Shown here: positions 55,172 to 64,000 of the stretch, piece after piece
How the letters are laid out: each line of letters opens with the position of its first letter
How positions within the stretch are numbered: the stretch's first letter is position 1
DNA from: Dictyostelium discoideum
Taxonomy: Eukaryota
DNA length: 64,000 bases
Direction of reading: 5' to 3'
Assembly (NCBI GenBank): GCA_000004695.1
Contig: CM000154.2
Span: 3,552,001 to 3,616,000 of the forward strand
Translations under genes and position numbers: made by a program
The notes under the pieces: generated by a model
What the model was told of the DNA's origin: nothing
The model's database searches: none
The model's input: the letters and a program-made list of their open reading frames with translations, nothing else

Positions 55172-55651
55172 GTTTAAGATTATTGAAACTATTTTATCAT
55201 CATTGTCGATTGAAGAAGTTATAATTGTATTCACTAATATATTTTTATCTAAGTTTGTTGATAGTTGTCTTTCAATATCGAATTCAACTAATGAAAGTAT
55301 ATTGTGAATTTTTTTAAATTCATTTTTTAACAAATTATTATTATTATCATATTGTGATTGAATTTGTTTGAAAGTATCATTTGATTCTTTTAATAATATT
55401 TGATCATTTTCTTTTCTTTCAATTAATTTTGGATAAACGTTATTTTTAAAATCATTAATCAATGAATGAATATTTGATGCTGATGATTCTAATAAATCAG
55501 TTTTATGACCATGATGTTCACCTTTACGAGAAATACAAAGACTACAACATGGCATAAATTTACAATCCAAACATAAAAATTCTAAATTTTTATTTGAATG
55601 AAGTGTACATTTATTTTGATTATTTGTAATTATATCTTCACTTTCTATCAT
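53966..55651 (-). CDS. B-box zinc finger + FNIP-repeat protein (copy B, apparently intact), 2 exons: 55651..54754, 54684..53966
   Basis: Exon 1 has the B-box-like motif [37 protein letters not shown], a coiled-coil-like segment and poly-Asn tracts, and ends ...ENKFINS(K). The intron is phase-1 GTAAGT...TTTTTAG. Exon 2 ([15 protein letters not shown]...) is followed by five FNIP repeats ([42 protein letters not shown]). Confidence 0.75.
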
Positions 55652-56004
55652 TTTATGTGCTGTTTTGGTTTGTTTAAAAAAAAAAAAAAAAAAAAAAAAT
55701 TTTGATAACTTAAAATTTTAAAATAAAGAAAATAAAAAAAAAAATTAATCTTTTTATTTTGAATAAAAAACAAAAAAAAAGTTTATCAAATTATTATATT
55801 GGAAAAATGAAAAAAAAAAAAAAAAAATGAAAAAAAAAAAAAAAAAAATAATAAAATTAAAAAATATATAAAAAATAAATCTTAGTTGGAATTTTTTTTT
55901 TTTTTTCTTTAGTAATCAATTATTAAACAAAAAAAAAGTTTATCAAATTACTATTATATTGTTTTCCAATATTTAGATGAATAAATAAATAAATTTTTTC
56001 ATTA

Positions 56005-56215
56005 ATCGATAAAGCAGGTTTAGCAAATGGAGTTTTATTTTTAATATTTTAGATGTATCATTATTAGCAATTTAGGAACAGCATCATTGCTTGATAAAGC
56101 AGGTTTGGCAAATGAAGTTTTATTTTTAAAATTTTTATGTGTATCATTATCGATATTGGGACTTGCAACATTGGGAACCAATGTTCAAGTTATCGATAAA
56201 GGTCAAATAGTAGAG
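56005..56215. repeat. About 86-bp unit tandemly duplicated about 2.5 times (unit begins GATAAAGCAGGTTTRGCAAATGRAGTTTTATTTTTAA...)
   Basis: Seen directly; units are roughly 80% identical. Stops in all frames. A GTAAGT donor-like site at 56410 is followed by (AAT)n at 56413..56500. Confidence 0.5.
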
Positions 56216-56414
56216 AAAGAGAATCAAACTAAGTTTATTATTATTCAAAGATAGACCAATTCGATTACAAGTGGTACCATTACTTTATAGTGGTGTTTTT
56301 TTGGTGTATTCCCTCAACTACTTTGTAAAGAATGGATTGGTTATCGCTGTATGGTAGTTATATCGGTGGTGCTTCACTTGGGTAAAGGCAAACAAGCTGC
56401 AATGAATGTAAGTA

Positions 56415-56504
<90 letters not shown>

Positions 56505-56935
56505 TAATAAATAATTATTTAAATAAATTAATAAATAAAAAAATAAAAAAGTAAATAAATAAATAAATAGTCCCTTTATTTTTGGAAATAATTGGTTTTT
56601 TTTTTTTTTTTTTTTTAGCGATGAAACTTTTTTTTTTTTCTTATGTTTTTTGGTCATTTAAACTACTATTATTTTGTTTATTAATTGTTGGAATAAATTT
56701 AACATAGGAAAAAACCTCGACACTCTAGAAATTTATTTATTTATTTATATATTTATTTATTATTATTTTTATTTGATTATTTACATTCTCTTGAAACTTA
56801 TTTAATTGTATCACGACAAGTCATTTCCAAACATTAAATAAAAAAAAAATAAAAAAAAAAAAAATTATAAACTCAAAAATTGGATTGGATAATACAAATT
56901 TTTTTCTTTTTATTATTATTATTATTATTATTATA

Positions 56936-57021
<86 letters not shown>

Positions 57022-57149
57022 CATCTTTTTTTTTTATTCCCTTTGGGACTTTTTTCACTATCATGGGTATACCTATAGGGAAAAAAAGGGCTACAACAAT
57101 TCTCACAAAATAATTATGGTGTAGTAAAAATACAAAGATTTTTTTTATT

Positions 57150-57940
57150 TTTTTTTTATTTGTGCACTATTTTGACATTTTCTGGAACAAAGGGCCAATT
57201 AATTTTTTACAACTTTTATAAATATTGACATTGTTTAATGTATTGGGAATTGAATCAATCATCAAATCTTGTTTTATATCACCTATGTGCAAATCTTTAA
57301 TGTTATCAGGTATTGTAGCTGGTGTTAATTTTTGATTGAATCCATCACATAACCAAACAGTTGTTACAGTATTAGGAATTGAATCAATTATTAATTCTTG
57401 TTATATATCACCTATAAACAACTCTTTAACACCTTCTGGTATTATACCTTTGGTTAATTTTTGATTGAATCCATTTTGTTGATAGTTGTTTTTCAATATC
57501 CAATTCAACAAATGAAAGTATATTGTGAATTTTTTTAAATTCATTTTTTAATAAACTATTACAATTATCATTTTGTGATTGAATTTGTTTGAAAGTATCA
57601 TTTGATTGTTTTAATAATATTTGATCATTTTCTTTCAATTAATTTTGGATAAATATTATCTTTAAAATCATTAATTAATGAATATTTGATGCTGATGATT
57701 CTAATAAATCAGTTTTATGACCATGATGTTCACCTTTACGAGAAATACAAAGACTACAACATGGCATAAAACTGATTTATGCCATGTTGTAGTCTTTGTA
57801 TTTCTCCATGGAATAAATTTACAATCCAAACATAAAAATTCTAAATTTTTATTTGGATGTAGTGTACATTCATTTTTATTATTTGTAATTATATCTTCAC
57901 TTTCTATCATTTTATGTGCTGATTTTGTTTGTTTTTAAAA
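57150..57940 (-). pseudogene. Rearranged pseudogene of the B-box/FNIP family: FNIP repeats fused directly to an internally deleted B-box N-terminal segment
   Basis: The 57170..57470 stretch (minus) encodes 2.5 FNIP repeat units that abut, at about 57470, sequence homologous to the middle of copy-B exon 1 (ORFs 57426..57638 and 57701..57910), with the poly-Asn region missing. It contains the 57742..57804 palindrome. Confidence 0.6.
57742..57804. repeat. Perfect inverted repeat: 29-bp arms (gaaatacaaagactacaacatggcataaa / tttatgccatgttgtagtctttgtatttc) around a 5-nt spacer, inserted in the B-box coding remnant
   Basis: Seen directly. The left arm is the native B-box coding sequence (compare copy B at about 55540..55570), and the right arm is its exact reverse complement. 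Confidence 0.85.
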
Positions 57941-58141
57941 AAAAAAAAAGAAAATATTTTGGACACCGAAATTTTTTTTTTCCTTTTTTTACTTTTTTAT
58001 TTTTTTTTTATTTAGATAATTAATTCAAAAATCATTCAATTTTTAAATCCAACAACAATAATAATAATAATAATATCATCACAAAATTTTTATTTTTTTT
58101 TTTTTTTATTTTTTTTTTATTTTTTTTTTTTTTTATTTTTT

Positions 58142-58997
58142 TTATATGTTTACTATTTTGACATTTTCAGGAACGAAGGGATTAATTATTTTTTTACAAC
58201 TTTTATAAATATGGACATTGCTTAATGTGTTAGGAATTGAATCAATAATTAAATCTTGTTTTATATCACCTATATGCAAATCTTTAATGGTATCAGGTAT
58301 TATACCTTTGGTTAGTTTTTGATTGAATCCATCACATAAAGTAACAGTTGTTACAGTATTAGGAATTGAACCGATTATTAATTCTTGTTTTATATCACCC
58401 AAATACAACACTTTAACACCTTCTGGTATAGTACCTTTGGTTAATTTTTGATTGAATCCATCCCATAAAGTAACAGCTGTTACAGTATTAGGAATTGAAT
58501 CAATTATTAATTCTTGTTTTATATTACCTAAACGTAACACTTTAACACTTTCTGGTATTATATCTTTGGTTAATTTTTGATTGAATCCATCCAAAAAGCC
58601 AACATTTGTTACAGTATTAGGAATTGAATCAATAATTAATTCTTGTTTTATATCACCTATACACAACTCTTNNNNNNNNNNNNNNNNNNNNNNNNNNNNN
58701 NNNNNNNNNNNNNNNNNNNNNNNNNNNNNNNNNNNNNNNNNNNNNNNNNNNNNNNNNNNNNNNNNNNNNNNTATCATTTTGTGATTGAATTTGTTTGAAA
58801 GTATCATTTGATTCTTTTAACAATATTTGATCATTTTCTTTTCTTTCAATTAATTTTAGATAAATATTTTTATTAAAATCATTAATTAATGAAAGAATAT
58901 TTGATTCTGATGATTCTAATGAATCAGTTTTATGACCATGATGTTCACCCTTACTGGAAATACAAAGACTGCAACACGGAATTAATTTACACTCCAA
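58142..58997 (-). pseudogene. B-box/FNIP family copy C, 5'-truncated (lacks the first half of the B-box) and interrupted by a 100-N assembly gap
   Basis: ORF 58653..58997 begins inside the B-box ([23 protein letters not shown]...). ORF 58142..58807 carries four FNIP repeats and the family C-terminus (...VPENVKIVNI). Confidence 0.5.
58672..58771. other. Assembly gap (100 N)
   Basis: Seen directly. Confidence 1.
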
Positions 58998-59056
58998 ACA
59001 TAAAATTATGATAACTTAAATTTTTAAAAAAAAAAAAAGATAATCAAAATTCAAAT

Positions 59057-59091
<35 letters not shown>

Positions 59092-59236
59092 TTATAACTT
59101 TGTTTTTTATATTTAAATAAAAAATAAAAAATAAAAAATTTTTATTGCTTGGTGTCGTAAAAAAAAAATTGACCAGATATTTTTATTTTTTTTTTTTTCT
59201 TTTTTTTTTCTGGTTTTGAAAAAAAAAATTGACCAG

Positions 59237-59296
<60 letters not shown>

Positions 59297-59604
59297 AAAA
59301 ATAATTAATTTTATTAAAAAAATGAATGTAACCATCCTGTTTTGAATTTTTTTAAATCAAAAATTTTTATTTTTAAAATTTATATATTTACCAATTTTTT
59401 GAAATTGTTTTTTTTATTTAAAAATAATACAAACGGAAAAAATTTAAAAAATAAAATTGGAAACAAACCAAAATACGTTTCGCAGTCAAAAAAATAAAAT
59501 AAAATCAATTGAAAAAACTTTTTTTCACTTGCGACATTATAGTTGACCTATTAATACACTATTATTTTTTTTTTAAAAAAATTCCACACTCAAAAAAACA
59601 AATA

Positions 59605-60043
59605 ATGGACAGAAATAAAAATGAAATATTATTTTGGAAAATTTTTAGAAATTCATATTTAAATAAAATAATATTTGAAAAAATTAAATGTAAATGTAGA
59701 TTACTTTGTTATTCATATGATAAAATCTTTTTTTGTGAATGGATGATAATAAATAATTATTTAGAATTATTGAAATATAAAGTAAGAAGAGGTGATAAAT
59801 TAATATTTAATAATACATGGGTGAATGTATTCTATAATTATGAAAAATTAACTAGAACCCAACCAGAATCATTAAAACGTTCAAATTCAAGATTTAAATA
59901 CGATCAATTAGAAGATGATTATTCTTTAATTACTTCAAAAAAAGGAATTTATGAAGTTAATTCAATTTTTAATTGGTTTAAAGATGATTATGATTTTTAT
60001 TTAAATTTATTTAAAAATTATTCAAATTATTTTAAAGTTAATA

Positions 60044-60126
<83 letters not shown>

Positions 60127-62136
60127 GATTATGAAAATCAAGAAAATAATAAAATAAAAAAATTACGAATGTGTCAATCAGAAAGTAGAACGTCAGTTCA
60201 TCCATTATCATTAAAACAAATTATAAATCTTATAATTGTTTTTGATAATGTTTCTGCAATGAAAGTTTTAGTTGGACAAGGTTATTATATTAGAGATGAC
60301 GAACAAATTTTTAAAGATTTTATAAAATCATTTGAAATTGGTTCATTAAAATTAGCAGAATTTATTTATAATAATTATTTAAATTTAGAATTTACAAAAG
60401 AAAAAGAAAAGATTCAATCACTTTGGAATTTAGCTATTTTTACTGAAACAAACTTTATAGATATTCAAAAAGAAGATGGATTAGAATTATTTTTAAATAA
60501 ATTTTATTTAATGAAGAAATTAAAAAGCAACGACAACAACAATAATAATAATAAAATAATTTCAAATTGTGATAGTGAAATAATATTTAAAAATATTCAA
60601 TCAATATTAAGAATGAATATTTTTAAAATTAAATTTAATATTTTAATTGGTTATGCAGAAGTGATATCAATTTTAAATGATCAATTTGATTTTCAAAATA
60701 ATATAATTAAAAATTATAAAGCAAATACAAATAATAAAGATATTAATGAAAGTTTAGAAGAAGATAAAAATGAAATTTCAATTCTATCAATTAAAGAAAT
60801 TAATGAATTAAAATTAAAACTAATTGAAAAAAACATTATAAATGAAATTAAACCATTGAATCAAAATGATTGGAATTCATTAAAGCAAGATTTAGAAGGG
60901 CTATATAAAATGTTAATAATATTTACAGGTTTCTCAATTCCTGAAAATTATTTCATTTTTAAATTAAAATTTAATAAAATATTAAATTTTAAATCAATGA
61001 ATTTCATAACCAATAATCCAAATGATTACTTTTTATATAATTTAAAAGATGGTGGTAAACAGTTGATTTATAACCCAGTATTTTCAAATTATAAAAATGA
61101 AAAGATTCAAATAAAATCATTTTTAGAAAATTGTCTTTTAGATTTAAATTTAAGAGATGATAAATATCAATCAAATAATTTATTTTCATTAATTATTAGA
61201 GATAATCAAAATGATGATGATCATGAAATCATTGAATATGGTATAAATAATCTTTTATTTAAAGGTGAATTACCAATTGATTATAATTCATTTAAAAATA
61301 TAAAATCAATTAAAACATTTGATTTTATTTTTAAATCAATTCAATTAAAATATCCAAACAATCTTTCAACTAATTTATTATCCTCAATTATTGATAATTT
61401 CCAACTTGCCACTCATTTCAAAGAAAACTATCCAAATCAATATAAATCATCATTAAAAACAATTAAATTCAGTGATATTAGTGAATTTAAAAATTTTACT
61501 CAACTCAAATTTATAATTCACAATTGGTTAGATTTTAAAAATATAATCATAAAAAGTAAAGGTAAAAATTGGGCCCAAGATATTGTAAGGTATAAAAAAG
61601 AATTTAATATAAATGAATTTAAAACTTTTGTTTCATGTTTTGATAATCTTCAAAATACCGACACTAGAAATAATAACGATGTCAAAGAAGAAGATGATGA
61701 TGATAATGATGATAGTGATAATAAATCACTTTATTATGCAAATGATACAGAAGAATCATTTTATGTTTACCAAAATAGACCAGAACATTTAAAATCTGGT
61801 ATATGTGAACCTATCAGAATTGAATTCATGAACACCATTAATTACATTAATGGTAAGTTTGATTTCTCTTCTTTAAATTTTGAAAAAGAATCTAAATATG
61901 GTGACTTATTTAAACATATCGTTCAAAGATGTGATTTTAATGCTATTGATCAATGTATTTCAATTTTAGGTCAACCAAGCCAAGAGGAAATTGATCTGGA
62001 TTATAAAAATTTAGATGTCATCATACATATTCTATCTCGAGAAGCTTTTGAAAATGGAAATACTATTGTTTTCGATTATTTACAAAATAAAAGTAGTAAG
62101 GGCTTCATTGAAATAAATGATTGTTATCCTTGGTAA
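59605..62136 (+). CDS. Hypothetical 843-aa low-complexity protein (poly-Asn), N-terminus related to the 49688..52966 gene; probable start is the internal Met of ORF 59509..62136
   Basis: MDRNKNEILFWKIFRNSYLNKIIFEKIK... shares the ILF[YW]K[VI]..N......IF..I N-terminal pattern with the 49688..52966 product. Upstream of 59605 the frame is poly-F junk. Confidence 0.5.
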
Positions 62137-62347
62137 ATAAAAGGTTTTATTTAAATATTAAAATAAAAAAAATAAAAAAAAAGTTTTTTATATTTGATTA
62201 CGTTTACTAATCATTTAGTAAATGTTTAAAGTTTTAGTTTATTATTTCTAAATATTTAGATTATTATTATTATTTATTATTTATTATTTATTATTATTAT
62301 TATTTATTATTTATTATTTATTATTTATTATTTATTATTATTATTTT

Positions 62348-64000
62348 TTATATTATTTGTTTATCAGATTGATCTTTACCACTGGTAATACCATATTTAA
62401 AACATCTTTTACAAAGTACACCATTGGTTAACATCATCCAAGGTCTTTGGCATTCTAAACATTGATGATTATTTGGTTGATATTTTTGAGTTCTACTTCT
62501 TGATAAACAAATTGAACAAAATTCTAAATTGACAGATTTTGTTTTTCTAGCTTTACCACTAATACACCATTTGGTGCAAATATTTGGCTCGGAGCCATCG
62601 GTATGAACTAATGCATAAGGTCTAACTTGTTGACAAGCTGAGCATTCTTGATTTTTTTCGGTGGCAATTGCACAATATGGTACACACCTGTTGGAAGGTA
62701 TTGAAGATGATGATAGTAAAATCGTATTGGCAGATGCTGATAGTAGAGTTGAAGATTTTTTTGATTTTTTAGTTGGAGTAGATGGTGCAGATGATTGAAG
62801 TGGATTTGATAAATTAGTATTATTATTATTATTGATTGATGATATAATTGGTGAAGATGATGATGAAGATGGTGATGTAATCGGATTATTAAATGCATTA
62901 GTTGCTAAATTTACTTGTTGTAAATAAATTGATGATGGTGGTTTAATTTGTATTGGTAAACTAGAAATGGTTGGAATGAATTGATTTTGAAATGGATTAC
63001 TATGAATTATTTGATGTTGTTGTTGTTGTTGTTGTAATGGTTGTTGAAGGAATTGTGGTTGTTGAATTGGTAATGGACTTTGTAATGGTGTTGAAATTGG
63101 TGAACTTACTACTGATGATGTTTCTGAATCATTTTCAATTTTAATTTCTTTTTTTTTTTTTTTTTTTTTAGAAAATAAAAAAATAAAAAATTAATAAATT
63201 ATAAAATAAAACTAATAAAATATAAATTTATAATATATACTTTTTGAATCTCTATCATCAATTTCATGTTCTAATTTTAATTGAGTATTATGATTTGATA
63301 AATCATCAAAGTTTGTATTTGTTAAATCTAAGCTTGTATCAACTAACATACTATCCAATTTGAAATTATTATCTTCATCATCTAAATCATCGTCATCATT
63401 ATTTAAAAAGTTTTTAGTGATTTGAATTTCAAGTTGTTCTTGAGTTACTGCTGTAACTGTAGCTAAATCTTTTGCATCTAACAATTGCTTAGATTGGTCT
63501 GCTGCTGCTCCTGTTGCCCCTCCTCCTAATAGGGTGCTATCATGTTCTTGTGGTGTTGAAGCTGATGATGTTGTCAATGAAGTTTTAATTGATGGCGATA
63601 ATGGTAATGATTGTGGTGGTGGTTGTGTTATTTGTAATTGTGGTTGTGATTGTGATTGTGATTGTGATTGTGATTGTGATTGTGATTGTGATTGTGATAA
63701 GTTTACATTATATACATTAAATTTGGGAATAATGATATGAATTGGATCCATATCATTTAGTAATTCAAATACATTACAAGTTTCGGATAAATCGTTATTT
63801 AAACGATCTTGTAATTTACAACGTTCAAAATTTTGTGGATGTAATGGATTTGAAGTTGCTATATTAGTTTTAAATAAACCATTGAATTCATTAAAAATTC
63901 TAATCTTTAAATTTTTAATTACAATTTGATTTGGTGAGAAAATAATAAATTCTAAACCACCAGATACAACTCTTAATCTATAAACAGAGTTTATTGATGA
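62348..64000 (-). CDS. 5'-partial gene (continues beyond the window end) encoding a Gln/Ser-rich protein with a C-terminal multi-CxxC zinc-binding domain; exons >64000..about 63243 and about 63147..62348
   Basis: The reading frame is open from the window edge (...GGLEFIIFSPNQIVIKNLKIRIFNEFNG...MDPIHIII...(SQ)9...). A phase-1 GTATAT...AAAAAG intron follows. Exon 2 ends with CVPYCAIATEKNQECSACQQ...CTKWC...CSICLS...CLECQ...CKRCFKY. Coordinates are +/-2 nt because the ORF-track stop position and my count disagree by 1. Confidence 0.5.
63647..63706 (-). repeat. (TCACAA)n / (TGTGAT)n hexanucleotide repeat encoding (SQ)9 within the 5'-partial gene
   Basis: Seen directly. Confidence 0.8.

Noticed and set aside
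59509-59604. First 32 codons of ORF 59509..62136
   Set aside because: It is a poly-F/Y stretch from oligo(dT). The Met at 59605 begins the conserved MDRNKNEILFWKIF N-terminus.
62608-62898. ORF 62608..62898 (His-rich)
   Set aside because: It is an alternative frame of exon 2 of the 5'-partial zinc-finger gene. The in-frame reading is Ser/Gln/Pro-rich and continuous with the Cys-rich C-terminus.

Overview
This is eukaryotic nuclear DNA of the Dictyostelium type, not a prokaryotic window. It is about 78% A+T, has long homopolymer and (AAT)n/(CAA)n tracts that encode poly-Asn/poly-Gln inside genes, and short GTAAGT...AG introns. I found no tRNA, rRNA or CRISPR signals.

Gene content falls into five blocks:
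1. Housekeeping genes (1 to 26.3 kb), most of which need splicing to be read correctly:
   - sepiapterin reductase (sprA)
   - a DH-PH RhoGEF with a 30-nt Gln/Arg/Glu-rich coding repeat
   - a DCN1-like cullin-neddylation factor
   - a BolA-like protein
   - a ZNF622/REI1-like 60S ribosome-maturation factor
   - NSA2
   - a TMEM170-like small membrane protein
   - UDP-GlcNAc pyrophosphorylase
   - isopentenyl-diphosphate isomerase
   - thymidylate kinase
   - a single 1165-aa protein that fuses a class-V PLP cysteine-desulfurase-like domain to a TtcA-type PP-loop tRNA 2-thiocytidine synthetase
2. A head-to-tail tandem array of four paralogous genes (26.3 to 48.6 kb):
   - each is about 4.7 kb and on the minus strand, and encodes a roughly 1400-aa type-I membrane glycoprotein (signal peptide, IPT/TIG-like and EGF-like Cys modules, Pro/Thr stalk, one TM helix, short tail)
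   - all four share a six-exon architecture in which every intron is phase 1
   - sequence identity is mosaic: the membrane-proximal 3' kilobase is nearly identical in all four, while the N-terminal exons diverge
   - a decayed pogo/Tigger-like DDE transposase remnant sits between copies 3 and 4
   - the family resembles Dictyostelium Tgr ('tiger') adhesion/allorecognition proteins, but I cannot confirm that from sequence alone
3. A cluster of B-box zinc-finger + FNIP-repeat genes (12 to 14 kb and 54 to 59 kb):
   - one intact two-exon copy
   - one copy with a 59-nt repeat-unit deletion that shifts the frame
   - one scrambled pseudogene with a perfect 29-bp-arm palindromic insertion
   - one copy interrupted by a 100-N assembly gap
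4. Two related low-complexity hypothetical proteins, a small spliced gene of unknown function, and a 5'-partial Cys-rich zinc-finger gene that runs off the window end.
5. A roughly 160-nt GC-richer, highly structured segment at 49.42 to 49.58 kb with a closing terminal stem, which is a candidate ncRNA.

Coordinates were derived by counting in the printed sequence and may be off by 1 to 2 nt in places.
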